From Perkinsela sp. CCAP 1560/9 (Eukaryota; Protista; Euglenozoa: Kinetoplastea): 64,000 nt of DNA. This document shows, in pieces, positions 10,144 to 20,831 of this stretch; the first letter of the stretch is position 1, and each line of letters starts with the position of its first letter. The stretch spans positions 1,067,767 to 1,131,766 of the forward strand of contig CBFFSA010000004.1 in NCBI GenBank assembly GCA_965644495.1, written 5' to 3'. The notes under the pieces are model-generated. The model saw only the letters and a list, made by a program, of their open reading frames with translations, ran no database searches and was not told the origin of the DNA. A program made the position numbers and the translations under genes.

Positions 10144-10929
10144 ATGTCCAATAAGCTTAGTGTCCTCTTTGCCAAAACAGATAAAAAGAAGGCCAAGGCC
10201 GGCGTTGGAGATTCAGTGACCCGTAGAGATGCTTTTTCAGGTGAGTCGTCTTTTTCACAATCCAGTGTATCGATACACCTTGACGAACCTTCTGATATTC
10301 AGGTTATTGAAAAGGAAGCTGTACATTCTCCAATTGAGCATGCAAGCCCCAGTGATAGTGAGCCTCTGGATGATGTTATATCCGCATTGCAAGTCGACTC
10401 TGGTCCTAAGCTCTTTCGTGCTCGTGGTGGTCAAACCTCTGAGGCCCGCATGGACGCTATAAATTGGCCTGCATTGGGCTACACAGAAAGTAGGGCAAAC
10501 AAACCTAAGAACATACGAAAGAATGAGGGAAATCAGATGAGAAACGCTTCTGGGACTGACGCAGAGCTCGTGCTATCTCGAACCCTCCAAGAAGAGCTGA
10601 GATATGATTCACCTGTAGGGGTTCAAGAGGGAAAAACCCACATCACAGCCCCTGTTGTATCCCCATCGGGGTCTGCTAAAGGAAAGTATGTGCCACCTAG
10701 CCAGAGACAGTCAGGAAATAATACCGGAGCAATTGAATCGGCGAGCTGTGATAAAAACGAATATGCAAAGAAAAGGGCATCTCTTTCAGCAGAACACGGG
10801 ACCAAACACCAGGAAAATGTATCTGCTTTACCATTAAACTTAAAGTTGGCGTCCAATGATTCTACTTCGGGATCAGGACGTCCGAAGTATATTTCTCCAA
10901 GTCAAAGGCAAGTGACACAACATCTCTAG
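10144..10929 (+). CDS. Low-complexity protein, CDV3-like
   Basis: N-terminal LSVLFAKTDKKKAK resembles CDV3 LDxFFAKxDKKKK; also NWPALG and two GKYVPPSQR/PKYISPSQR motifs. Confidence 0.5.
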   Translation: MSNKLSVLFAKTDKKKAKAGVGDSVTRRDAFSGESSFSQSSVSIHLDEPSDIQVIEKEAVHSPIEHASPSDSEPLDDVISALQVDSGPKLFRARGGQTSEARMDAINWPALGYTESRANKPKNIRKNEGNQMRNASGTDAELVLSRTLQEELRYDSPVGVQEGKTHITAPVVSPSGSAKGKYVPPSQRQSGNNTGAIESASCDKNEYAKKRASLSAEHGTKHQENVSALPLNLKLASNDSTSGSGRPKYISPSQRQVTQHL

Positions 10930-11161
10930 AAGGCGCACTTGCTTTTCACGAGTTTATTCTGCGCACCATGGGCTTATAGACTTTACTTGTATCTGATTTC
11001 CTATGTCGATTCAACATAGAACATTGTCCACGGACAGAATCCCCTACACACATACATGAGTTTTTATTACATTTCTCGCATTACAAGAATAATAGCTTCT
11101 TTTCGGATCACTTGTTAGCCAATATTTGTCTGGTTACACAACTACTGCGCTACCCTTGATT

Positions 11162-11725
11162 ATTGCGGTGGTTGTATAACTACCGCTCTACCCTCGATTA
11201 TTGCAAAAAAAGTAAACAAAAACAGTGAAAATATAAAGAGAAACACAGTAATATAATAGTCTATTATAGAAGAAAAAAATATAAAAGGGGGCTCCGGTGA
11301 TCCAAAATTGAAAAAAAAATTGAAAAAAATGGGGGGTCTAGGGGGGGTCCACGGGGGGGGCATACATCGCGAATTTTTTCCGAATTTTTTGCTTTTCGAA
11401 ATCAAGCGCGGGGAAGTGGTAGAGTAGGCTGCGGCGATAATTTTCCACCCCCCCCCTGGGGGTACCACCCCCTGGTACGCGCAGGAGGGGTCCGACAAGG
11501 TCAAAAATTCCGAAATTTTTGGGGTGACCAAAAAAAAAATTGACCCGAAAAAAGGTAAAAATAATATTTTTCCAAAGTCGACTCCTAAAACGCGTTTTAA
11601 GAGGTATGGACCTCAGCTACCATTCTACGACGTTTTTTTCGTCAGATTCGCCTCCTTCCCCTACTGGCAACGCATCAAAAACGGCCCAATTCGGGTTGAA
11701 ATTTAAAAAACAATCCATTTTTTAA
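11162..11725 (+). mobile_element. Dispersed, truncated non-autonomous rolling-circle unit (subfamily A)
   Basis: Begins with the fixed end ATTGCGGTGGTTGTATAACTACCGC and is homologous to the units at 44861-46955 and 48340-49225. It lacks the long palindrome. Confidence 0.8.
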
Positions 11726-11765
11726 ACACTACCCCCCTATCCCACCGTTGCCTCGGTAACCCCCC

Positions 11766-11825
11766 TCATTAGAGGTGCTTTTTAAGCAACGTTTAAGAGC
11801 GTTGCTTAAAAAGCACCGCTAATGA
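11766..11825. repeat. Near-perfect palindrome, 26-bp arms and 8-nt loop
   Basis: TCATTAGAGGTGCTTTTTAAGCAACG-TTTAAGAG-CGTTGCTTAAAAAGCACCGCTAATGA; 25/26 complementary. Confidence 0.9.
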
Positions 11826-12562
11826 AAGCAGTAACAAAACCTTCAGCGCAGTAAGAAAAGAAGAGCGCAGTAACAAAACCTTCAACGTCAAGCAAACGCG
11901 TTTCACGAAACGACTAAAATAGAAAAAATATTTGTTTACTGCTACCCTCCACGCATTCGTCGTAGCTCAACCCCCCCTACTTAGATGATAGAAACCTGTC
12001 AAGTTTGGCTGATTTTTGGCTTTACTATTGATTTTTTACCGTTCGGTTTTTTGTCATTTACCATTTAGTTTTTACCATTTAATTTTCTTTCGTAATAGTA
12101 AAGATTTTCGATGAATTATTTTTTGAATTTTTGGTACCACCCACTTACACGGTACATACTTACACGGTACATACTTACATAGGGCCGTTTGACTAAAACC
12201 TGCGGCACTATAAGTGGGGGGCACAGTATATCGCTTTGCAGGGTAAAGTATTTATGCCTAAATTCAAATATCAATCTTTATGATGAATTGGACAAACTAA
12301 GAAGACGAGTCTAATGTGTTACACATACACATATGACGTATCATTGAGTCCATCGGCTACCAATGACTGATTTTAATAAACAAAGTATACTTGATGTGAT
12401 ACATATTTTTCATCTTTACTATCTACCTGAAACTTTTCACCTCGTAACACGGTAGCTGACTACGTTTTAAACCGTTTAGAATCCTATACTCTTCCCTATA
12501 AACTTCGCTCCTTTTTTTCACCCTATCTTTCCCTTTCTCTCTCTGTCTCCCTCCCCTTTCCC

Positions 12563-13234
12563 ATGACCCTCTCCCCCCCTCCCCCCTCCCCAACAAACCC
12601 AACACAACCACAACCCCCACCACCCCAGCCCCCCTCCCCCCACCCCCCTCCCTCCCTCTCCCCCCTCCCCCCTCTCCCCCTCCAACACCCCCTCCCCTTC
12701 CCCTGTACCCTCTGGCACCACCACCGACCCCCGCTCGTACCCCCCAACACCCCCTCCCCTATCTCCTCATCCTCTCCCCCCCCCTCCTCCCACGACTTCC
12801 TCCACCACCTCCACCCCCTGCTCGACCTCCACACCGTCGAGCAGTTCTGGTCCCTCCACCCCCGGCTGCTCCCCCCCTCCCGCCTCCCCTGCGGCACCGA
12901 CCGCTTCGTGTTCGCCCAGCACGTCCCGCCGACGTGGGAGCACGAGCGCAACCGCCGCGGGGGGGAGTACGTGTGGCGCGTGGCCAAGGGGCACACCGAC
13001 CGCGCGTGGGAGGCCGCGCTGGTGGGGTTCCTGCGGCACGGGCTCGGGGCGCGCCCCGGGGAGGTGTGCGGGGTGGGGGTGTCGGTGCGGCGGCGGGTGG
13101 ATGTGGTGCGGGTGTGGGTGGGGTCGGGGGACGCGGTGGGGAGGGTGGTGGAGGGGATGCGGGGGGAGGGGGGGTGGGCGAGGGAGGCGGTGGTGTCGGA
13201 GGAGTTTAAGAGGCACAGGGTGGAGGGAGGTTAG
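12563..13234 (+). CDS. eIF4E-family cap-binding protein
   Basis: HPL..CTLW, HTVEQFWSL, PSRLP, PPTWEHERNRRGG, DRAWEAAL, VCGVGVSVR, VRVWV follow the eIF4E Trp pattern. Confidence 0.9.
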   Translation: MTLSPPPPSPTNPTQPQPPPPQPPSPHPPPSLSPLPPLPLQHPLPFPCTLWHHHRPPLVPPNTPSPISSSSPPPSSHDFLHHLHPLLDLHTVEQFWSLHPRLLPPSRLPCGTDRFVFAQHVPPTWEHERNRRGGEYVWRVAKGHTDRAWEAALVGFLRHGLGARPGEVCGVGVSVRRRVDVVRVWVGSGDAVGRVVEGMRGEGGWAREAVVSEEFKRHRVEGG

Positions 13235-13512
13235 GGGGTGTGATGGGGGTGGGGTGGCGGAAGAGAGGAAATGCGGGGGTTTGAAAAGTGAAGAGAGCAT
13301 GGTGTTGTAGTGTTTTTTCGCTTATATTGCAGAGATCATGGTGTTGTATGGTTTTTCCCTCAAATTTTCATTCGTTTGGGAACATTTTACCATTTTTTAA
13401 TCAATGAATCCTTTTATCAATACATTTGTATTTCAAGTTTGGTGTATTTCAATGTATTTCAAGTTTGGTAGGGAGTAAAAAAGCACACGTTTCCTTTTTT
13501 TCTTCAAAATAC

Positions 13513-13935
13513 ATGCAACCCATTTCCCAGGACACCTACCGACTGGTGTTTCCCTCTGTGGACCCTCAAAAGCTCCGGGCCTGTCGTGAGTGTCGTCTGA
13601 TCCTCCCCCTCGAGAGCTTTCGGCGTCAGGGATGCGTGAACTGTAATCTACGGGAAGGAACTGTTGGTATCACCCGGGGTTATAACACACGTATGCTGGA
13701 GCGACGTGTTACCTCACACTTTGATGGAACACTTGCACTGATGAACCCAAAGGGGTCCTGGGTGGCCTCCAGTGTGGGGTTGCAGCAGCAGTGCGCGACT
13801 CCCGGGCTCTACGCCATGCGACTGCTGACCCAGGATGAGGGAAGCGACAGTGAGAGTGTTGCAGGCTCCAGTGATACGTATGAGGATGAGATGATAGCCG
13901 CTTCGGAGGGTGGGGAGGAGGAAGTCGTTGCGTAG
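13513..13935 (+). CDS. SPT4: Transcription elongation factor Spt4
   Basis: LRACRECRLI...FRRQGCVNC zinc ribbon, TSHFDGTLALMNPKGSWVA, PGLYAM. Confidence 0.93.
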   Translation: MQPISQDTYRLVFPSVDPQKLRACRECRLILPLESFRRQGCVNCNLREGTVGITRGYNTRMLERRVTSHFDGTLALMNPKGSWVASSVGLQQQCATPGLYAMRLLTQDEGSDSESVAGSSDTYEDEMIAASEGGEEEVVA

Positions 13936-14319
13936 AAATACGGACGTTTTTAAGGACACAACTTTAAGTACGCCACAATAACGATATTCCACGACATTCC
14001 ACCACGTCATATGGTACGTACTATGTGGCACTCAAGGTGCAGAAAAGTTCTTTCGAGCTCTGTTTATTCTCCCCGTGTTACGGTGTCGATTTCAAACGTT
14101 TTGCACTTCGTTCGAAGATCGGTAGGATTAGTGTCCCAAGTCATTTATCTGGAGGTTATATCCGGCTTCATGGTGGTATTCGAATTAAAATCTTCACATT
14201 CAAGTTCAAGTTTTCTGTAAAATTTGCTATCGGTTCAATATATTCGTTACGTGTACAGAGAAATCGCATACTGTATGTAGTTCGAGATCAATCTAAATTA
14301 CTGTATTTCTTTGATAAAC

Positions 14320-15387
14320 ATGATGGACGAAGAGCTTTCTGATTTAGATTGGTTGGAGGATGCTACTCCCCTTGATTCTGTTCTCTGTTCTGAGACCCAT
14401 GTGAGTTCAGATGACGAGGCTTCGCCCTCTACTTCCGAGGATCTCTCCCTACTTGCGATGGCAAAAGTAAGGCTTGGAGCTGCTCAGCTTGCGCCGGAGG
14501 AAGGATCTATTCAAAAATCATCAAACCCCACGAAAACACGAAAGCGAGACATTGCGAAGAGAGAGAAGACTCAGAAAAACAGGAAAATGAGCGTCGAAGA
14601 AGAAGAATTACTAGACGTCACCTCCTTAAGGGATGAGGACCTTGTGACTCCTCATGCCGCAGGCGTTTCGGGACCTTTAAACGAAATGACGACTACATCC
14701 TCAGGTTCGGAAATGGCAAGGAAAACTGCCCGAACGTTACCCAATGTTACGCTTTCGCGTATCCCGGATCGTACCTTCCCGCCCAACACCCCTGACTCCG
14801 GAATCGATAAAGAGAATTCACCCTCTTATCTCACCTGCGTCCGCAGTATTTTACAGGAACATAAAGAGCAACGTCGATCGGCACGTACAGATTGGATGAA
14901 ACGAACACTCTCGCATGTGTGTGAGTCCGAGGCTGTAGCCCTGGAGGGTTCGAAAAAGGCGGTGGTGTGGGCTAATGAAACTGTGCCGGATGAAAATACA
15001 TTTAGCCTAGAGGACGCGATATCCGAAAACCCGGTCGTTGAAGATGTTGAGGGGGAAGACGACGAGAATGAGACTCGTCCACCAGCGTGGATGTTTTCGA
15101 TAACAACAAAATCAAGACCAGAGCCCTGGACGCTGGACGAGAAGCGACGGTACATCGACTGCATTCAGCAATTCGGAATGGATTTCTCGATAATTAATTA
15201 CATGTTCCCCGGGCGTTCTCGGAAGGAAATGAGGCGCATGTACCGCGCTATGCAGCGCGCAAACCCTCAGCTTCTCACCCGCCTTTTGTCGACAAGGAAA
15301 GCAAGCATTACTCCTGAAGAGTTTGAAGAATGGAAGGCGAAGAGTAATGCCACAAGAAATTTCTCGGGGAATAGAGCACAATTTTGA
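14320..15387 (+). CDS. BDP1: TFIIIB subunit Bdp1 (B'') with SANT/Myb domain
   Basis: WTLDEKRRYIDCIQQFGMDFSIINYMFPGRSRKEMRRMY...NPQLL matches the Bdp1 SANT signature (GTDFxxIxxxFPxRxRxQIKxKF...NP). Confidence 0.85.
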   Translation: MMDEELSDLDWLEDATPLDSVLCSETHVSSDDEASPSTSEDLSLLAMAKVRLGAAQLAPEEGSIQKSSNPTKTRKRDIAKREKTQKNRKMSVEEEELLDVTSLRDEDLVTPHAAGVSGPLNEMTTTSSGSEMARKTARTLPNVTLSRIPDRTFPPNTPDSGIDKENSPSYLTCVRSILQEHKEQRRSARTDWMKRTLSHVCESEAVALEGSKKAVVWANETVPDENTFSLEDAISENPVVEDVEGEDDENETRPPAWMFSITTKSRPEPWTLDEKRRYIDCIQQFGMDFSIINYMFPGRSRKEMRRMYRAMQRANPQLLTRLLSTRKASITPEEFEEWKAKSNATRNFSGNRAQF

Positions 15388-15593
15388 TTAGAGTGCAAGT
15401 TTGAGTAGACTACGACTTTGAACGGAGCACAAGTTCTGTTGAATGTCTTCTTCGCTGATGTTTCCACTAACTGTAGGATTGCGACTACGTTCTCATCTTA
15501 TTCGTACATGTAACTGTATTCAAAGTAAGAGTTAGCTGTTCAAAGTTAATAATCTGAGCATCTTAAGTGATTCCCTACTCTTGTTCTAAAGAT

Positions 15594-16421
15594 ATGAATG
15601 CATTGAAGGAGAGATATGCTACATGCCTGCAAGAATTCTCTCCTGAAGAAACAAATTTTAGGGACTTAATCGTGTGTCAGAAAAAATATTTGGAGCTCTT
15701 GGACGAATTAAACAGCTATGATAGCATGCAAAGGGATGTTTTTCTTCACCTCTTACGACCCTTGTATCGGAAGTCAAACGCCTTGTTGTCGAAATACAAA
15801 AGAGAAGAATTGTTAAAGCTCTCATCGAAAAAATCCGAAAGCCATGCGGTGGATGACAGAACGACACCCTCTGCATTCTCGCACGAAGCTCAGCGAGTGA
15901 TCGAGAGAGAAGTCGCGCGTGCGGAGACCAGTCTTCGAACGCTCGAAGAGGGTGGCGACCTCATTCGAGGCGTGCACCACAGCTACGGCGTGTATGATGC
16001 AACCGCCCGACACACCCAGCAAGCACTCCGGGGACTGCAGCGTGTGTGGAGGAGCGATGCTCTATTGTTAAGGTACAGCATTTTCCTGTTTGTGATGGTG
16101 TGTGCCCATGTGTGGCTCTCTCGTCTCCGTTTGTACCGCTCAATGTATTACGTAGTGTGGGGTGCATACATAGGAATCATGCAACTTTGTTTTTGGTTGC
16201 ATAAGCATGTGATTAAGAGTGAAATTATTACCGCACTGTTCGCACAGTTTCACGTTACTTTCAACATGCGTATTTCAGGTGCAAATAGAACTTCAAATGC
16301 AATGAATCACAGGGACGAGTGGAATTTTCAATTAGAGGCGAAACCGAACACCTCAACGCATACTCCAAGCGCGTCAAATGAAACTTTTCGAGAATTACGT
16401 AAAAGTAACATCGAACTTTAG
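15594..16421 (+). CDS. SEC20: Sec20/BNIP1-like ER SNARE
   Basis: SLRTLEEGGDLIRGV...ALRGLQRVWRSDALLLRYSIFLFVMVCAHVWLSRL resembles the Sec20 domain plus TM. Confidence 0.75.
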   Translation: MNALKERYATCLQEFSPEETNFRDLIVCQKKYLELLDELNSYDSMQRDVFLHLLRPLYRKSNALLSKYKREELLKLSSKKSESHAVDDRTTPSAFSHEAQRVIEREVARAETSLRTLEEGGDLIRGVHHSYGVYDATARHTQQALRGLQRVWRSDALLLRYSIFLFVMVCAHVWLSRLRLYRSMYYVVWGAYIGIMQLCFWLHKHVIKSEIITALFAQFHVTFNMRISGANRTSNAMNHRDEWNFQLEAKPNTSTHTPSASNETFRELRKSNIEL

Positions 16422-16690
16422 TTCCTCATCTAACGTTGATTTTCTCGCATTACATGTGATGGTTCGACTGTACTGCTGTGTATCGCGGTTGCGGCATTGC
16501 TATAGCCAGGCTACGCACTGATACTACAGGCTAAGCCTGTAGTATGCTCTTTTACTAAACCTCAACAAACCATGTCTCACGCATATTTTGCATGACGATA
16601 AGAAATATATTGTAGGATTTTTAATTTTTTTCATTGTATAATGTCTTGTTTTGGTAGGTCACTCAAAAATCAAGAAATAAAGTATAAGTA

Positions 16691-17099
16691 AAGGGGGGGT
16701 ACGTCTATTGTTGGCAATCATCTATTGTTGGCAAACTAATAAAAACACCTATTGCTGGCAATCGGTTATTGTTGACATTTAATTATTTTTGGTTTTTTTG
16801 ACCCATTGCCATGTATGACGTATAAACTCCTGGAATCTGCGAAGGTCAAAATTTCCACTTTTTTCGAAACTTTCCTCTTTTTCGAGGATACGTATACATG
16901 TATGTGTCCTCGTGTATGTGAGGGGGGGCGACGGTAGTGTAAGTGATAAAAGTAGCGTAAGTTACCTTGATAGCCAACAATAGTTGATTTTATTGCCGTT
17001 CCATCTATTGTTGGTAAAGGGGGGTATTGTATCATCTATTGTTGGCTATCGGCTATTGTTGGCAAAAAAAAGTAGCCAACAATAGACGAGCCCCCCCTC
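16691..17099. mobile_element. MITE, 409 bp, ~25-bp TIRs, TA-flanked
   Basis: TA|AAGGGGGGGTACGTCTATTGTTGGC ... GCCAACAATAGACGAGCCCCCCCTC|TA (22/25), with many internal CTATTGTTGG copies. Confidence 0.8.
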
Positions 17100-17134
17100 T
17101 AGTTGTAACCCACATTTTTTATATCACATAACGT

Positions 17135-17934
17135 ATGTGTGCACTTGTTGGTTACACCGTCGATGTGTCGACTTCACAGCAAAGCCGTGTAGGGAAAGTA
17201 CGAGGAGCCAACTTGCCATCGGAATTTTTTCTGATTCGATTCGTAGAATCCATTGAGAATCCACATACCACATGGAATGCATCGGTACCCATCTGTGATT
17301 GGAAAGGAGTCACTTGCGAGGACGGTGGCGACATTACAGAAATCTTTTGGGAAAATATGGAGCTTCATGGATCGGTCCAATGGGAATGGTTGCCCAGTAC
17401 AGTACGAAAGTTGGACCTGACGATAAACGGGCTGACGAGCGAGCTTCCCCTTGATAACTTACAGCAAGAACTGGTTGTTTTTATTGCACCGGAGAACTCT
17501 TTTACAGGTGAAATTGATTTAGCACACCTGCCGGACACTCTCCGTATTCTTCACTTACACAATAACATGTTGAACGGCAGCATAGAACTCGGTTCCCTTC
17601 CTGAGAGCTTGGAAGCGCTCAGTCTACATTCGAACAAATTTTCTGGGAGCATTGATCTCGAAAGCCTTCAAGTTTAAGGGGTCTGAACTTAGGCGATAAC
17701 AACTTGACTGGGACGCTGAATTTGGAGCATTTACCGGCTACATTAAAAGGCCTTAACCTGGAATACAACGACTTTTCCGGTGCATCTAAGCTTGACGCAC
17801 TTCCTACAGGCCAGGAACTCAGAATGGTGAACGGAAACAAAGAGCTTGGGGGTATCGTTCGAACTTCATATCTTCCTGCACCGCTAACATTTTTTCGTCA
17901 CAAATATACGAAAATATGCGTTATGGAGACGTGA
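17135..17934 (+). pseudogene. Leucine-rich-repeat protein, frameshifted at ~17668
   Basis: CDWKGVTC cap and LxxLxLxxNxFxG repeats. The frame breaks at CTT CAA GTT TAA and continues as SLRGLNLGDNNLTG in another frame; pseudogene or assembly indel. Confidence 0.8.
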
Positions 17935-18403
17935 AGCGATTAAGAAGTGTTTTTAAACATGCTAAACAACCAAGTATGCTAAGTGGACCCTTTGATTAGT
18001 TTACTTGTACATACCTGTACATACATGTGTAAGCTTTTATTTCTTTGATTACCTGCTAGCAATACCTAGCACTTGATTTGCTATGAATTTAAATATTTTT
18101 TAGAGTTGGACTGCTGAGTAGTCAACAACGTTAATGACATTAAATGTTGAATGATTACCCACTTGTTTCGGGTATGTATGTATTTTAGTTATACATGTAC
18201 ATGTTTCTTTTCGTATCCCATTTAAGGTAGAAAAAAAAGAGATAGAAACGTTTGCCGTTCGACAGTGATTTCAAATAAAATCTGCAGATTCAAGTGGGTT
18301 GAAACAACCTACATGTATTTCTTGAGCCGCATTCTCTTTTCTAACATTACACGCCCAGTAATGCACGACCAGGAGTATCATTACACGCTCTTTTACTTGA
18401 ATC

Positions 18404-19150
18404 ATGAAAATGAAGCACGTTTATTTATTCAGTTGTCACGATTCAAGCTCGTCCCAACAAAGTTCTAATTCTCGTGCCAGCAGAGTTGGAAGAGCAAATT
18501 TACCACCTGAATATGAACTCACGCAACTTATTGAGGATATCGGAAATAAGCATCCCACATGGAATACGTTGGTCCCTGCGTGTGAGTGGAAAGGTGTCAA
18601 GTGTGAGGGCACTTATATTACTCAGCTAGATTGGATACAACGAAGCCTTTTCGGGTCCATTCGATGGCCCTGGCTTCCGCAGTCACTGCAGAACTTTCTA
18701 GGAAGTACGAATCACCTTACGGGGACTGTCGAACTCGATGCCCTGCCCTCGGGTATTCTCCATTTCAGTGTGATGGACAATGCTTTCAGTGGGAAATTGG
18801 ATCTTCGATATTTACCGCAGACGGTAAAACGGCTTAGCTTCAGTTACAATCAATTTGAAGGAGAGGTTGACCTAAATCACCTTCCTATAAATCTTGCGAG
18901 GCTCCATTTAGGTTACAACCACTTGTCTGGCCCTATAAATTTGACTAACCTTCCACCTAATCTAGTCGACTTATCTTTGCCTAACAATCAATTTTCGGGT
19001 ACCGCAATAATGAATAACCTGCCGAAAAGCTTACAGGCACTGCATGTGCATGGTAATAAGCAATTATGTGGTAAAGTTGACGCCTCGACTTTGCCAACTA
19101 TTTTAGACAGCTTTCTTTATTCTGATACTAAAATAATTCTTCAAGAATGA
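18404..19150 (+). CDS. Leucine-rich-repeat protein
   Basis: CEWKGVKC cap and 24-aa LPxxLxxLxLxxNxFxG repeats. Confidence 0.9.
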   Translation: MKMKHVYLFSCHDSSSSQQSSNSRASRVGRANLPPEYELTQLIEDIGNKHPTWNTLVPACEWKGVKCEGTYITQLDWIQRSLFGSIRWPWLPQSLQNFLGSTNHLTGTVELDALPSGILHFSVMDNAFSGKLDLRYLPQTVKRLSFSYNQFEGEVDLNHLPINLARLHLGYNHLSGPINLTNLPPNLVDLSLPNNQFSGTAIMNNLPKSLQALHVHGNKQLCGKVDASTLPTILDSFLYSDTKIILQE

Positions 19151-19514
19151 GTTACATGCAGCTGTGGAGATCATATTCAAAAAATATTCTCCATACTTAA
19201 TAAGCGTTTTGGTGACACTCCCAACCAGCACAAAAACCTACATGTACGAAATATCGTACGCAATGACTAGTATAGTATTCTTCACTCTTACTTTTATTTT
19301 TTTAAGGTCAAACTTCATTCAATTTGGAAGCAGTTTTCAGTGCGAAGTAGTACAGGTGTCTTTCCGTACCGCACTCTTCACGGAAAACGAGGTGCGCCTA
19401 AATGGGGGGGGGGGTATTTTCTGCACAACATTCTCTTTTCTAACATTACATGCTCAGTAATACACAACCAGTAGTGCCATTACATGCTCCTTTACTTGTA
19501 AAATTATTTGTAAA

Positions 19515-20255
19515 ATGAAGCACGCTTATTTATTCAGTTGTCACGATTCAAGCTCGTCCGAACAAAGTTCTAATTCTCATGCCAGCAAAGTCGGAAGAGC
19601 AAATTTACCACCTGAATATGAACTTATGCAACTTATTGAGGATATCGGAAATAAGCATTCCACATGGAATCCATCAGTCCCTGCGTGTGAGTGGAAAGGT
19701 GTCAAGTGTGAGGGCAGTTGTATTACTAAGATAGATTGGATTGGACAAAATTTTTTCGGGTCCATTCGATGGCCCTGGCTTCCGCAGTCACTGCAGATCT
19801 TTCTAGTAAGTACGAACCAGCTTACGGGGGCTGTCGAACTCGATGCCCTGCCCTCGGGTATTCTCCATTTCAATGTGATGGACAATGCTTTCAGTGGGAA
19901 ATTGGAGCTTCGACACTTACCCCAGACGGTAAAGCGGCTTTACTTTAGCTACAACCAATTTGAAGGAGAGGTTGACCTAAGTCACCTTCCCGCAAGTCTT
20001 ATGATGCTCCATGTAGGTAACAACCAACTGTATGGCCCCTTAAATTTGACAAATCTTCCACCTAATCTAGTCGACTTATCTTTGCCTAACAATCAGTTCT
20101 CGGGTACTGCAATCATGAATAACTTGCCGAAAAGCTTGCAGGCAATAGATGTACATGGCAATAAACAATTATGTGGTAAAGTGGATGTCTCAACGTTGCC
20201 AACCATTTTAAACAGCTTTCTTTATTCTGATACTAAAATAGTTCTTCAAGAATGA
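19515..20255 (+). CDS. Leucine-rich-repeat protein, tandem paralogue of 18404-19150
   Basis: Collinear and highly similar to the previous gene, including flanks (~1.1-kb duplication unit). Confidence 0.9.
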   Translation: MKHAYLFSCHDSSSSEQSSNSHASKVGRANLPPEYELMQLIEDIGNKHSTWNPSVPACEWKGVKCEGSCITKIDWIGQNFFGSIRWPWLPQSLQIFLVSTNQLTGAVELDALPSGILHFNVMDNAFSGKLELRHLPQTVKRLYFSYNQFEGEVDLSHLPASLMMLHVGNNQLYGPLNLTNLPPNLVDLSLPNNQFSGTAIMNNLPKSLQAIDVHGNKQLCGKVDVSTLPTILNSFLYSDTKIVLQE

Positions 20256-20259
20256 GTTC

Positions 20260-20355
20260 TTAGAGCATTGAGCAGAAAAGAAAGTAAAGGAAAGAAAGGG
20301 AAGTAAGAGGAAGGAAGGAAGTTATGGAAAGCACAAAGGTAAGGGAGAGCGTCGA

Positions 20356-20386
<31 letters not shown>

Positions 20387-20613
20387 TTACTACAAAAAAT
20401 TATACAAAAGTTATACAAATGTATTACTACAAAAGTTATACAAAAGTAATACAAAAGTTATAATACAAAAGTTATAATACAAAAGTTATAATACAAAAGT
20501 TATAATACAAAAGTTATAATACAAAAGTTATAATACAAAAGTTATAGTACAAAAGTTATAATACAAAAGTTATAATACAAAAGTTATAAGGTATAATTAT
20601 AAAATATTTAGAA
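20260..20613. repeat. 354-bp simple-sequence insertion: purine tract, (CTA)n and ~10 copies of a 14-bp minisatellite
   Basis: (CTA)n at ~20357-20392 and TAATACAAAAGTTA x~10 at 20447-20588, flanked by AATGAGTTC direct repeats (20251-20259 and 20614-20622). Confidence 0.85.
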
Positions 20614-20831
20614 AATGAGTTCCATACAGCTGTGGAGATAATGTTAAAAAAGTATGATCCACTTTAATTCTCGTTTTGGTGTTTTCTGCCACCCAAGACA
20701 AAAACCTGCACGTACGCAATATCGTAGGCAATGATTAGTACAGTATAGCACTCTTCATTCTTACTTTTATTTACTTTTTATTCACAATCTAGCCGTTACT
20801 TTCTGTTTTCCTTTCCCCACTCTGTTCCCCC

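Noticed and set aside
12423-13310. Long overlapping Gly- or Pro-rich ORFs on both strands around the eIF4E-family gene
   Set aside because: Stop-codon depletion caused by extreme C/G skew; only 12563-13234 has family motifs.
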